A stretch of DNA of 23,471 bases from Candidatus Bathyarchaeota archaeon (GCA_963777155.1 CAVZPM010000010.1:1-23471); one strand, 5' to 3'; positions 1-9,610 are shown, numbered from the stretch's first letter. A program made the numbers and translations. The notes: generated from the letters alone by a model not told the origin.

Positions 1-892
1 CCGTGTTCTCTAAACGTACCCGAAGACGCGTCTGCCCAAGAACTGAATCCTGCACTTCTGAAGCTAGACCCGAGACCCCAGCCAAACCCCGCAGACTATT
101 TACTTGTGCCTCAGACATGTTCTTGACTATGATGTCAGCGACTTCACCCTTCTTCGTCATAGCCTTGAGGGCATCGGGAGTGTCTAAAGCGATAATTTTG
201 CCTTTGTTCATTATGCCTACGTGGTCACACATTTGGGAAACCTCCTCGATGTAATGGGTGGTGTAGAGGATGGTTTTGCCATGTTTCTTGCTGAGATCGT
301 TTTTTATAAAGTCCCTGATATTTCTTGACGAAGTGATATCCAATCCTGTAGTTGGCTCATCCAACAAAAGAATAGGTGGGTCAGCCAGCAAAGCCCTCGC
401 TAAGGCAAGTTTTCTTTTCATGCCGCCTGAATATTTCTGAAAAATCTCAAATGCCTTCTCTTGCATTCCTACGAGCTCCAAAACCTCCATGATTCTTCGT
501 TGTCTGCCACTTCGGGGAACATTGTTTATGGCCGCGAAGAATTCCAAGTTGCTGTAGCCACTTAACCTCCAAAAGAAGCCGCGTTCACCAACGCTGAAAA
601 TAGTGCCGATTGACCGTTTTACTCGCATCTGCTCCTTGACAACATCAAAGCCGTTTACAGTGGCGGTTCCATAGTCAGGGGGCAACAGGGTGCATAGTAT
701 TTTAACGAGAGTGGTCTTGCCTGCCCCATTGAGTCCAAGGAGTCCAAAGAGTTCGCCTTTTTTTATGTTGAGGTTGAGGTTGTCGACGGCGTTTATTGAG
801 AAGGTTTTACGGTGCAAAAGGTTGCTGTTGAGGGGTTTGGTTTTGTATGTTTTTGTCAAATTCATTGTTTGGATGGCGTAATCGTTCTGCAA
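1..892 (-). CDS. ABC transporter ATP-binding protein (multidrug/ABC-2 export type), 3' end runs off the window
   Basis: Absent from the ORF track. Manual minus-strand translation from TTG at 892 (alternative ATG at 865) gives Walker A GLNGAGKTT, signature YSGGMKRKL, Walker B ILLLDEPTTGLD and H-loop YTTHYIEE. The frame is open to the window edge. Confidence 0.93.
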   Translation of the reverse strand, partial: MQNDYAIQTMNLTKTYKTKPLNSNLLHRKTFSINAVDNLNLNIKKGELFGLLGLNGAGKTTLVKILCTLLPPDYGTATVNGFDVVKEQMRVKRSIGTIFSVGERGFFWRLSGYSNLEFFAAINNVPRSGRQRRIMEVLELVGMQEKAFEIFQKYSGGMKRKLALARALLADPPILLLDEPTTGLDITSSRNIRDFIKNDLSKKHGKTILYTTHYIEEVSQMCDHVGIMNKGKIIALDTPDALKAMTKKGEVADIIVKNMSEAQVNSLRGLAGVSGLASEVQDSVLGQTRLRVRLENT

Positions 893-1129
893 CCGTTAAC
901 CCCTTTTACCCAAAATTTCTATGAAATCTCAAAGAAAATTTTTGGTCAATTCTGTTAGAGTTTAATGCAACAATTAAGTATTTCTGCCTTAGAGCAAAAT
1001 ACCCCTTTCCGACATTTCACTGGCAGCAAAAAGCCAATGGAGCTACTTTTCATAGATTCTTAACACTGATATTTGGTTTTAGATTCGTTTAGTCAGCATT
1101 TAATTAGGACTTTTGAATCACAATCTTGT

Positions 1130-1663
1130 ATGTTTCGCTTCGTAGCTTTCTTGAGGGGAATTAATGTTGGCGGTCACATAGTTGTTAAAGAAAAACTACA
1201 AGACACCTTCAGCTCTCTAGGTTTTCAAAACGTTTTCACCTACAAGCAAAGTGGAAACGTTGTTTTTGAGACTGATTCTACAGACTCTCAAGACGTGAAG
1301 TCAAAAATTGAGGAAAAACTCGCTATCACTTTAGGGTACAAGGTCCCAGTGTTTTTGCGGACATTTTCTCAGCTCAAAAGTATAATCAACCTCGACTCGT
1401 TTAAAAACCAAAACATAGAAGGCACAAGTTTTCTGGTAACTTTTCTACCATACCCCCTATTCACTTTTCCGTTGCAGCTCCCCCTAACAATTCCCAAGTC
1501 TACAGCACAGGTAATTTCAGTCGTTGGCGACGAGGTTTTCAGTGTAACACATGGTGGTGGAGAAGGTGCGCTGCCTAACCCTTTTTTAGAATCAAAACTG
1601 AAAGTGAAAACGACCACTCGAAACCTAAATATTATTAAGGAAATTATCAAAAAATACTCTTAA
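1130..1663 (+). CDS. DUF1697 family protein
   Basis: N-terminal FVAFLRGINVGGH, TYKQSGNVVF and C-terminal TTRNLN are family motifs. ATG at 1130 is preferred over the ORF-track TTG at 1073. Confidence 0.85.
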   Translation: MFRFVAFLRGINVGGHIVVKEKLQDTFSSLGFQNVFTYKQSGNVVFETDSTDSQDVKSKIEEKLAITLGYKVPVFLRTFSQLKSIINLDSFKNQNIEGTSFLVTFLPYPLFTFPLQLPLTIPKSTAQVISVVGDEVFSVTHGGGEGALPNPFLESKLKVKTTTRNLNIIKEIIKKYS

Positions 1664-1730
1664 AGTCGGATTTTAAGATTGACAGGTTCTTATACCTCTA
1701 CTAAAGCATTTGTTGCATCGGTGTTAGGGT

Positions 1731-2723
1731 TTGCTTGGCTTACTTGAACCTTTAGAAGTGAAGGGTTACACTCTTCGTAACCGTATTGTATTGCCGCCTA
1801 TGCAGACGGGCAGAGCTAGTTTTGAAGGAGAAGTTACCAAGAGGCTAATAAATTTCTATGTCCGACGCTCAGCCCATACTGGGTTGCCTATTGTCGAGCA
1901 CGCCTATGTTTTACCCACTGGCAAAATAGGACCCAAACAACTAGCAATCGACGACGACTCATTAATAGACGGTTTTAAGGAACTCGCAGACGCGTTGCAT
2001 ACGGTTGGGGCTCCAGCGATCGTGCAGATTTCTCATGCAGGAGCTGTAACCAACAAAAGAGCTATCGGGGTTGAGCCTGCTGGTCCTTCACCAAGAGAAA
2101 AAAGCCGAATGTTAGATGTACCGGAAATCTTTGCTATAGCGGATGCGTTTGCTTCGGCTGCTGAGCGGGCAGTTAAGGCTGGGTTTGACGGAGTCGAGTT
2201 GCATGGGGCACATGGGTACTTGCTAAACCAATTCTATTCTCCATTGTTCAATAGACGCGAAGATGAGTTTGGCGGATCCCTTGAAAAGCGGATACGTTTC
2301 CCTCTCTTGGTTGCAGAAAAGATACATAGGGTCCTTGATGGCCAGCTTTTTTTATACAGGTTGGGCTCAGACGATTTAGCACCATATGGAACACATATTG
2401 AAGATTCTATTGTGTTTGCTCGCAAGCTTGAAGCGATTGGAGTAGACATACTCGATGTGTCTGGGGGTATGTGTGGAAGCGAACCAAAACAATTACGGCA
2501 AATGAAAGGGTATTTTGTTCCACAGGCTGAGGCTATTAAGAAATCCATTAGAATCCCTGTTATCGGGGTGGGTGGAATCACCACCCCAGAATTCGCTGAT
2601 GAGTTAGTGAGTAAGGGACGAATAGATTTTGCAGCTGTAGGTAGGGCGTTTTGGAGTGATGCAGACTGGGCAAAAAAAGCCATAGAAATTCTGGAAAAAA
2701 ACAAAAAAGCTCTTATGTTATAG
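1731..2723 (+). CDS. NADH:flavin oxidoreductase / Old Yellow Enzyme family
   Basis: Motifs LRNRIVLPPM, QISHAG, AGFDGVELHGAHGYLLNQFYSP, NRREDEFGGSLEKRIRF and AVGRA. Confidence 0.93.
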   Translation: MLGLLEPLEVKGYTLRNRIVLPPMQTGRASFEGEVTKRLINFYVRRSAHTGLPIVEHAYVLPTGKIGPKQLAIDDDSLIDGFKELADALHTVGAPAIVQISHAGAVTNKRAIGVEPAGPSPREKSRMLDVPEIFAIADAFASAAERAVKAGFDGVELHGAHGYLLNQFYSPLFNRREDEFGGSLEKRIRFPLLVAEKIHRVLDGQLFLYRLGSDDLAPYGTHIEDSIVFARKLEAIGVDILDVSGGMCGSEPKQLRQMKGYFVPQAEAIKKSIRIPVIGVGGITTPEFADELVSKGRIDFAAVGRAFWSDADWAKKAIEILEKNKKALML

Positions 2724-2818
2724 AACACTATTACTGAAAAAGAGGATGATGCGCTTTTAGCCCTAAAAAAAGAGCCCCAAGAAACGCCAAAAACAAAGGC
2801 AGAGGAATAGCTTACCCC

Positions 2819-2995
2819 ATGGAAATCGGTGAAGAATTCGAAGTTGACGTAATTGATATGAGCCCCAACGGAGAAGGTGTCGCCAAAATCAAAGGGTTCC
2901 CGGTTTTCATTAAGAACGCAAAAGCCAACGAGCACTTAAAAATAAGGATAACAAATTTAATCAGCGGTTGTGCAGACGCAGAAGCCGTCCGTTAG
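2819..2995 (+). CDS. Single TRAM-domain protein (small archaeal RNA-binding/cold-shock type); true start may be ATG 2746/2749 with a +1 indel
   Basis: Manual translation MEIGEEFEVDVIDMSPNGEGVAKIKGFPVFIKNAKANEHLKIRITNLISGCADAEAVR fits the TRAM pattern (GEGVAK..GF.VF). It is below the ORF-track length cut-off. Confidence 0.85.
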   Translation: MEIGEEFEVDVIDMSPNGEGVAKIKGFPVFIKNAKANEHLKIRITNLISGCADAEAVR

Positions 2996-3159
2996 AAAAA
3001 GGCTAACTGCTAAGCTTAAACTGATTTACCCCAAATATTTAGGGAATTGTTATTCATATTTCAATTCTTAATATTTCTTATTTTTTTCCTTATTGAGTTT
3101 AATGTGCTTATAAATCCAAAGGAAAAATAGAGAAAATTATTTGGTCGAAAAATGGGCAT

Positions 3160-4623
3160 TTACCCTTTTAAGGAAGCTGCAAACCCTTGCAAAACATCTC
3201 TGATTGATTGAATCAGTGGATGTTTAATCGTTGTATCCCTAAGCGACTCTAGACGGTCCACTCTGAAGTAAATAGGCGGATGCGAATCTAATCCAACCCA
3301 TTCTTGTAGGCGGAAGTTGGGTGTTCGCTCAAATAGTAGCCTGTGAAAACCGATTTTCTCAAGTGCTTTCGCCATAACTTTGGGTTGCCCCATCATCATA
3401 GCTGACGTCAGGTCTGCGCGTGCTTCAAAAAATTTTGCAATGAAGAATATGAGGGTCATGACTGCGAAGAAGTAGACAAAGAACAGAAAAGACGAAAATA
3501 TGACTGGGAACAAAGAGAGCAGCACATAGAACCTGAATAAGAACTCTGCGCTTAATAGCCCGAACAGAATTAGTGGGTCTCTGCCTTTTAGGTGACCAAA
3601 TTCGTGACCCAAAACGCTTACGACTTCAGGCTCTTCCAACTGGACAAGTAATCCAGTTGTTATCAAAACTATGCCTCTACTTGGACTGGGACCGGAAGCA
3701 GCGGCATTAGGAACCATCGTGTTTGAAATCACGATTTTAGGTACTTTATATCCGAAGCGGTCGGCGACTTTCTTTACCATTTCGTAGACATTGATTTTCT
3801 TAGCGGATAAGTTACCTAGTCTACAGGATACATTGTATTTAGCGAAAATTTTTTCTGCTTCTTGGCAATCGATAGCGCCGTGTTTAGCTATTATTTCTTC
3901 GTAGACTTCCTTCTTTAAAGTGGCTAGCTTTTCGGGCGGAATCTGTTTGTAGTCGTCAAGGGTGCCTAAAGAACCAATTGGGGGTTGATATTCCAAGAAG
4001 TGAATGATGGGGTTATCTTTGGTGATTGTCCAGTCGCTTGAACGAGCAATTATCTTGTTGGAGAAAAAAACGAATACGAACTGCGAAGCAATCAAAAGTA
4101 TTGGAACAGTCCAAAAGTAGGATGGATAGAACGTTTGAACAATAAGGAACAGCACAAGACCCAGTCCTATGAATACAAAGGTTAGCAGCACTTGGGTTTC
4201 CAGGAAAAGTCGGTTGAAGCTTTTTTCGTGAAGCGTGACTTTTTCTGGTACGATTTCTTCGCCTTCCCGCCATGCAAAATACCAAGTTAGTTTGCGGGCC
4301 TTTTCCTCAAACAACTCTGTAGCAATCAATACATCCTGTCTTGCTTCTTTGACGGTTGCATCTGAAACATCGGTTTCTAGCGGTGTTATTAATGCGTTTA
4401 CTCTGTCTGTGCCTTCTACTTCAACTTTTATTATTTGTCTCCCCTGTGCATCAAGGACAGAATATGAGATCCTATTGCCCGTCGTAGTTGTTTCTCTAGA
4501 TAAGTTTGCAAATCGCTGTTTTTGTGGAACAAGGTACTGTGTGTAGATGAATTCAAATAGCTTCTCGAAGTAGATTGATGGAACTTCAGTTTCTATCGAG
4601 TAAGAAATGGGTGCAGAAACCAT
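3160..4623 (-). CDS. M48 family (HtpX/Ste24-like) membrane zinc metalloprotease with long N-terminal extension
   Basis: Motifs PNAAASG, LITTGLL, HEFGH (HExxH), FEARAD, ALEKI and SHPPIYFRV, plus several hydrophobic helices. ATG at 4623 is preferred over TTG at 4653. Confidence 0.88.
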   Translation of the reverse strand: MVSAPISYSIETEVPSIYFEKLFEFIYTQYLVPQKQRFANLSRETTTTGNRISYSVLDAQGRQIIKVEVEGTDRVNALITPLETDVSDATVKEARQDVLIATELFEEKARKLTWYFAWREGEEIVPEKVTLHEKSFNRLFLETQVLLTFVFIGLGLVLFLIVQTFYPSYFWTVPILLIASQFVFVFFSNKIIARSSDWTITKDNPIIHFLEYQPPIGSLGTLDDYKQIPPEKLATLKKEVYEEIIAKHGAIDCQEAEKIFAKYNVSCRLGNLSAKKINVYEMVKKVADRFGYKVPKIVISNTMVPNAAASGPSPSRGIVLITTGLLVQLEEPEVVSVLGHEFGHLKGRDPLILFGLLSAEFLFRFYVLLSLFPVIFSSFLFFVYFFAVMTLIFFIAKFFEARADLTSAMMMGQPKVMAKALEKIGFHRLLFERTPNFRLQEWVGLDSHPPIYFRVDRLESLRDTTIKHPLIQSIRDVLQGFAASLKG

Positions 4624-4836
4624 ATGTCCAAAACCAGTTGTAATATAATCCAAATTGTTTTTTCTAAGTTATAACTTTATTGTTAACAGGCTTACTTTAG
4701 GATTTACCAAGGGGGATAGCGTTTATTAATCTCGGAAAACACTGTTAGGATTGCCCAATTCCAAGGGATAAAGCTTTGTTGACTGCAAATCAACTGTTAG
4801 TTTGGTTTGTTGCCAATGTTATAAATACGAAATGGG

Positions 4837-5244
4837 ATGTTAGAAGTGGCGGCGCCTAAAAAAACCATACTTGTTGTTGACGATGATAAATCGATCCTTC
4901 GCACCTTCACACGGATTCTCCAAAAGAGCGGTTACGAGATTGAAACAGCAGAAACAGGCAAAGAAGCAACAGAAAAAGCAGAAAAAAACCACTATGACCT
5001 TGCACTGGTAGACATCAGGCTTCCAGACATGGATGGAACGGATCTGCTCGCAAAACTCAAAAAGCAGCTTCAGCACACTGTTAAGATAATGATTACTGGT
5101 TTTCCATCACTCGAAACTGGCGTTAAAGCCCTCGATGAAGGCGCTGATGCTTATTTGGTTAAGCCTGTGAAGCCTCAGGAACTGCTTGTTCTGTTGGAAG
5201 AGAAACTTAAGAACCGCGAAGAGGCTACTGAATTAAGCCATTAA
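4837..5244 (+). CDS. Stand-alone response regulator receiver (CheY-like) protein
   Basis: Motifs ILVVDDD, phosphoacceptor DIRLPDMDG, IMITG and YLVKP; no output domain. Confidence 0.93.
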   Translation: MLEVAAPKKTILVVDDDKSILRTFTRILQKSGYEIETAETGKEATEKAEKNHYDLALVDIRLPDMDGTDLLAKLKKQLQHTVKIMITGFPSLETGVKALDEGADAYLVKPVKPQELLVLLEEKLKNREEATELSH

Positions 5245-5370
5245 TGGCTACCTATTTCAGACTGAGATATTGTCTCCTGTTTACTAAATGCTATTTGTAA
5301 AGGGTTATTACCGTAGGGTATTTGCAATATTCCCATCCAAGCATCAGGCTCGAATTTACAATGACGCTTC

Positions 5371-8253
5371 CTACTCCAGATAAATCGCTGGTTGATACGG
5401 CATAGCCATCACTGCGCGATTCTTAGGATCAAAGCGTTCCTTGTCGTCCTCACTATTAACGGATACATCTGCATTGAAACGTTGCCCTAAGAAACTAACT
5501 GCGTTAACCAAAATTGTGTGCTCATCGACCATTTTGATTTTTTGCATGTTAGCTTTTCTTTCACCTGAAACCTTCGTTAGTGCCTTCATGATTCTTGGAA
5601 CCATGCCCGCGATGTCCTTCATATGGGGTTTTAGGTCTTTGTCGGCCGCGAATTCCTTCATTAACTCGTTGATTTTTGCATCGCCAGCAACCGTTTTGTC
5701 TAGGATTTTTAGGTAGATCTGCCATTTCCAGGGTGAAGCAGTGTAGAAGCATATGCGTTTTGGTGTAATCTTTGTTGCTTTTACAATGTTCGTTGTGTCG
5801 TTCATTATATCAGTGATTAGAGTCTCTTGTTCTTCAGCGGCTACATCAATCTTGCTAGAATCAAAGATAGGCCACTTGGCTATACTGATAAATCCTTGCT
5901 CGCCAGTTTGACTCCAAAGCTCCTCGCAAAGGAACGGTGCGAAAGGCGTAAGCATCTTTAGCCAAGTCTTCAACGTTTCACCTAACACTTTGGCTTGGGT
6001 GTTACCTTTTCGCTGGATGTACCAGCGCAGATCGTTCCAAATCTCAAATAGGGCAACCTGCAGGGCAGTTCGGGTTTTAAGCTCTTCTATGTTTGCGGTG
6101 ACTTCTTTTATTCGGCTCTGAAGCTTGCTTTGAAGCCAACGCTCAAGCGTAGTGTTTTCGTCGTTTTTAGTAGAGGCAAATATTCCGCTTACAAAACCCA
6201 TTAAGGCTTCAAATTTGTTTTTCAGGTCGCTTATATTTTCGGCTCGCCAATCAGGGTCATCCATGCCCTCAGCACCCAAGAGCAAACCGCAACGTGTTGC
6301 GTCAGCGCCATACTTTTCAACGGCTCCCTTCATAGTTATGAAGTTGCCTTTGCTTTTGTGCATCCCTTGCCCCTCAATCATGAGCATACCGTTAACACCT
6401 ATGGCTCTGGGCCAATGCTCAGGCGGAAAGAGGGCCGCATGGTGGAAAATACAGAAAGAAAGGTGATTAGGTACGAGCTCCTTTGCAGAGTTTCGTAGAT
6501 CAAAGGGATACCAATAAAGGAATTCACTTCGCATCGCATTGAGTAAGTCTGCGCCTAATCTAGTTGTGATTCCAAGCTTGTCGGCATCACCTTTTCCGTA
6601 AAAAATATAATCGAAAACTTCAGGAGTCAACATTTCTGCTTTTACATTGTTTTGTCTTATGTGCTTGTTTACAGTGTAAAATGCCATGTAAACAGTGGAG
6701 TCGCTTAATGTTTCAATTATCCAGCCTTTGCCCCAGGGTAGCGGGGTTCCAAAACCGGTGGTTCTGGCACAAGCCCATTCTCTAAGCCAATCTATAACTG
6801 TGTAAAAGTTTTGTTTTGCTGATTCTGGAAGAATCATCGTTTGAGCTATAACTTGTTTGGCTTTCTCTTTCCACTGCTTGTCAGAGTAGTTTAGGAACCA
6901 TTGGTCAGAAAGGATTTTTACAATGCATTGCGTCATGCATCGACAAATCACGGGTTCAGCTAAATCGTACATAGAGTCAGCAGCCCCAAGTTTGCGGAAA
7001 TCAGCAATTAAGATGTCTTTAGCCTCGCGGATAGTTTTTCCTGCGTATGGTCCACAGTTTGCCTTTAGGATGCCGTTGTGGAATTCTTTTTTGTAAAGTT
7101 CTTTGGTGGCTTGGTCTGCTTTGGGGTCGTTTTGGTCTTTTATGCCCATTTTCTCGACGATTTCAACGGCTGGGTACTCACCGAAACCTTCCACCTTTAT
7201 GATTGAGATTGGCTTGATTTGCGTGACAACAACTGAGTCCACACCAAATTGTGCGAGAACTTCCGGTTTCTGCTGTAAGTCTCTTAAGGCTAAATAATCG
7301 TAGGGTGCATGGGCAGGAACACTGTAAACGACCCCCGTAGCGGTTTTGGGGTCAACAAACCAACCCGGCAAAATGGGAAACTTGAGCTTTGTTATGGGGT
7401 TCTCGAAATATTTGCCTATGAGTTCTTTACCTAAGAAGCTACGTTTGACTTCTATTTTTCTTTCCTGTTCTTTTAACTTCTCTGCAGCTTCTTGACTAAT
7501 TATCCAGTTTTCACCGTTAACTGCAGCTTCCACGTAGGTGGCTTCGGGGTTTATCCACATGTTAGTTATGCCGTAGACAGTTTCAGGGCGGAAAGTTGCT
7601 GCTGGCAAGAATGTTTTTTCATCAAGCTTGTATTTTATTAGGGTGTATTCTTCGGCGGTAACGCCTTCACCACTTTGGCGGTCATGGTCCCCTGTGGGGC
7701 TTTTGTCTTTGGGACACCAAACCACTGGGTGTGTTCCGCGGGTAACGTAGCCTTTTTCTTTAAGGTTTTTGTATTGCCACTCAATGAATTTCTGGTAAGT
7801 AGGCATTATAGTAGTAAATTCGCGTCGCCAATCTACAGAGAACCCGATACTCTTTACAGCTAAGCGACCTTCATTGGTGTAGTATTGAGCCATGTAGAAG
7901 GGATCAACGAATTTTTTTAACTCTTCTTCTGGGACACCGTCTACTTCTCGGAGAACCTTGATGTAGTCTTCATCACCTCGAGCTACACGTTGACTTGCAC
8001 CAAGCAACGGTTGACCTGTCCAATGCCAACCCCAAGGCCAAAGTACATTGTAACCTTGCATGCGTTTAAAACGTGCGTAAACGTCAACACGAGCAGCAGT
8101 AAATGTGTGCCCAACATGCAAGGGACCATTCATGTAAGGGTAGGGAAAAGTAACCATCTTTTTCTTGCGATTAGGGTCTGGGTCTGCTTCGAATAGGTGA
8201 GCGGTTTCCCATTTCTGTTGCCATTTCTGCTCGATTTGCTTGGTCTGGCTCAT
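5371..8253 (-). CDS. leuS: Leucine--tRNA ligase, archaeal type
   Basis: TFPYPYMNGPLHVGH (HIGH), DWRREFTT, editing-domain ATFRPET and GTG-like TATGVVYSVPAHAPYD, IETLSDSTVY, KELVPNHL, and MHKSKGN (KMSKS-equivalent). ATG at 8253 (MSQTKQIEQKW) is preferred over 8373. Confidence 0.97.
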   Translation of the reverse strand: MSQTKQIEQKWQQKWETAHLFEADPDPNRKKKMVTFPYPYMNGPLHVGHTFTAARVDVYARFKRMQGYNVLWPWGWHWTGQPLLGASQRVARGDEDYIKVLREVDGVPEEELKKFVDPFYMAQYYTNEGRLAVKSIGFSVDWRREFTTIMPTYQKFIEWQYKNLKEKGYVTRGTHPVVWCPKDKSPTGDHDRQSGEGVTAEEYTLIKYKLDEKTFLPAATFRPETVYGITNMWINPEATYVEAAVNGENWIISQEAAEKLKEQERKIEVKRSFLGKELIGKYFENPITKLKFPILPGWFVDPKTATGVVYSVPAHAPYDYLALRDLQQKPEVLAQFGVDSVVVTQIKPISIIKVEGFGEYPAVEIVEKMGIKDQNDPKADQATKELYKKEFHNGILKANCGPYAGKTIREAKDILIADFRKLGAADSMYDLAEPVICRCMTQCIVKILSDQWFLNYSDKQWKEKAKQVIAQTMILPESAKQNFYTVIDWLREWACARTTGFGTPLPWGKGWIIETLSDSTVYMAFYTVNKHIRQNNVKAEMLTPEVFDYIFYGKGDADKLGITTRLGADLLNAMRSEFLYWYPFDLRNSAKELVPNHLSFCIFHHAALFPPEHWPRAIGVNGMLMIEGQGMHKSKGNFITMKGAVEKYGADATRCGLLLGAEGMDDPDWRAENISDLKNKFEALMGFVSGIFASTKNDENTTLERWLQSKLQSRIKEVTANIEELKTRTALQVALFEIWNDLRWYIQRKGNTQAKVLGETLKTWLKMLTPFAPFLCEELWSQTGEQGFISIAKWPIFDSSKIDVAAEEQETLITDIMNDTTNIVKATKITPKRICFYTASPWKWQIYLKILDKTVAGDAKINELMKEFAADKDLKPHMKDIAGMVPRIMKALTKVSGERKANMQKIKMVDEHTILVNAVSFLGQRFNADVSVNSEDDKERFDPKNRAVMAMPYQPAIYLE

Positions 8254-8370
8254 GAGCCTTGAAATTAAAAGATTAGCTATTAAGAGTTTTGCTTGGCAGA
8301 AAGTAAGTGCCAAATTAGGGTAAGTGAACTTTTTGCTAATGCATGACGCGGTTAAATTTCTGCATATATA

Positions 8371-8389
8371 CAAAATGTTATATTAACCT
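8371..8389 (+). promoter_or_regulatory. Putative BRE/TATA promoter of the prenyltransferase gene
   Basis: CAAAATGTTATATTAACCT ends 18 nt before ATG 8408, a spacing consistent with a leaderless or short-leader archaeal transcript. Confidence 0.5.
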
Positions 8390-8407
8390 AAAGAATAATG
8401 AACGCGT

Positions 8408-9400
8408 ATGCCAGTCCAAAGCAATGCTGAAAAAGCATTAGCCTTATTTTATCAAAAAAGTATTCAAGCTCATGCTCTTGCAAAACAGGAAATTATTAAT
8501 CAAAAAATTGGTTTAGAAAAGCAGGATGAAGCAATTGAACAATATCTATCGATATGGAATGATAGTATCAGGCAAGGAATAGTGTCGATTGCTTTTGAGG
8601 CGGTAGGGGGAAAGTTAGAAGATGTGATTCCCTTACAGGTTGCTTTGTCTTTTATTGATGCAACTATGGACATTCATGACGACATAATTGATGGTTCAAT
8701 GAAAAAGAAAGGAACCAAAACAGTCTATGGCAAGTTAGGAATATCATCTACTTTACTAATAGGAGACATATTCCTGGTCAAGGGGTTTCATCTACTTCAT
8801 CGAGTTATCGAAAATATTTCTAAAGAGCAACAATCACAAATAATGGATACTGCAAACAACTTTCTATCGGAAGTTGTGAAAGCTCATATCGCAGAAACCG
8901 ATCTACAGTTAAAAAAGTGGAAAGTGAAACCTCAAACATACTTGGGCATTTTGACTCAGAAAGCCGCAGAAATTGAAGGAAGAATGAAAATTGCTGGAAT
9001 CTATGGAAGGGCAACAGAAAAACAAATTCAAGCATTAAGCAAATGCGGAAGAACCCTGGGAACTTTGTTGGCAGTTAGAGCAGAATATACCGATTTGTTT
9101 GAACCCATCGAACTTTCAAATAGGGTTAAGAACGAATGTTTGCCTCTTCACGTCCTCTACGGTCTCCAAAAGAGAGGGTATAAGGAAAAGATATTTACAC
9201 TGTTATCAAAATCGAATCTAACAAATAAGGACTGTACGGAACTTCTGCGAATCCTTGAGAAAACAGGTACACTTACTTCCTTGAATAATCAATTGAGGAT
9301 TATGCAGAAAGAAGCCGCAAGTGCACTATGTATTCTGCCAAACAATAAAGAAAAGGAGCATTTGAAGCTAATCCTCACATCACTATTAGAGGATATGTGA
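8408..9400 (+). CDS. Polyprenyl synthetase (isoprenyl diphosphate synthase)-fold protein with degenerate second Asp-rich motif; candidate ComQ/PalQ-like peptide tryptophan prenyltransferase
   Basis: First Asp-rich motif DIHDDIID and LLIGDIFL are present. RRG is replaced by KKG, KT by KA, and the second motif (FQxxDDxxD) by LAVRAEYTD. The fold call is firm; the substrate call is inferred from context. Confidence 0.8.
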   Translation: MPVQSNAEKALALFYQKSIQAHALAKQEIINQKIGLEKQDEAIEQYLSIWNDSIRQGIVSIAFEAVGGKLEDVIPLQVALSFIDATMDIHDDIIDGSMKKKGTKTVYGKLGISSTLLIGDIFLVKGFHLLHRVIENISKEQQSQIMDTANNFLSEVVKAHIAETDLQLKKWKVKPQTYLGILTQKAAEIEGRMKIAGIYGRATEKQIQALSKCGRTLGTLLAVRAEYTDLFEPIELSNRVKNECLPLHVLYGLQKRGYKEKIFTLLSKSNLTNKDCTELLRILEKTGTLTSLNNQLRIMQKEAASALCILPNNKEKEHLKLILTSLLEDM

Positions 9401-9407
9401 GAATCAC

Positions 9408-9461
9408 TTACCAGGTAAAAACGACTGGTTTCTGCACCTTTTTATTTGAAGACTTACTCAT
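9408..9461 (-). CDS. 17-aa small peptide MSKSSNKKVQKPVVFTW, copy 1 (candidate prenylated-peptide precursor)
   Basis: ATG(9461)...TGG TAA(9408). SD-like AGGAGAAGTGA lies 6 nt upstream and a TATA-like box further upstream. The ORF is exactly duplicated, and repeat homology stops precisely at the stop codon. Confidence 0.75.
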   Translation of the reverse strand: MSKSSNKKVQKPVVFTW

Positions 9462-9513
9462 CCTTTCTCACTTCTCCTGTATCTCGCTAATTGTATATGT
9501 GTACAACAAGTCC

Positions 9514-9527
9514 TTTTAAGCTTTGTG
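9514..9527 (-). promoter_or_regulatory. Putative BRE/TATA promoter for peptide copy 1 (same element at 9736-9749 for copy 2)
   Basis: Minus strand reads CACAAAGCTTAAAA, an A-rich BRE-like segment followed by a TTAAAA TATA-like box, about 53 nt upstream of the ATG. Confidence 0.55.
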
Positions 9528-9610
9528 TTCAACAGACATACAGTTAACTTGCCTGCAGGTTATTCTTCATATTGCACAATAACTCACCGTAGAAATCGGC
9601 ATCCAACGAC

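Larger units (their letters stand above)
9408..9545. repeat. 138-bp direct repeat, copy 1 (promoter + SD + peptide ORF)
   Basis: Matches 9630-9767 at 136/138 positions (differences at 9530/9752 and 9537/9759). The copies are separated by an 84-bp unique spacer. Confidence 0.97.

Noticed and set aside
3-881. Plus-strand ORFs 3-254 and 690-881
   Set aside because: Antisense to the ABC ATPase gene.
1-892. ABC ATPase as the exporter of the prenylated peptide
   Set aside because: It is more than 7 kb away and separated by unrelated genes, and its operon partners lie outside the window, so there is no evidence of linkage.
2234-2935. 233-aa minus-strand ORF
   Set aside because: Antisense shadow of the OYE and TRAM genes with no recognisable motifs.
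5441-8196. Several short ORFs overlapping leuS
   Set aside because: Antisense or alternative-frame shadows of a conserved gene.
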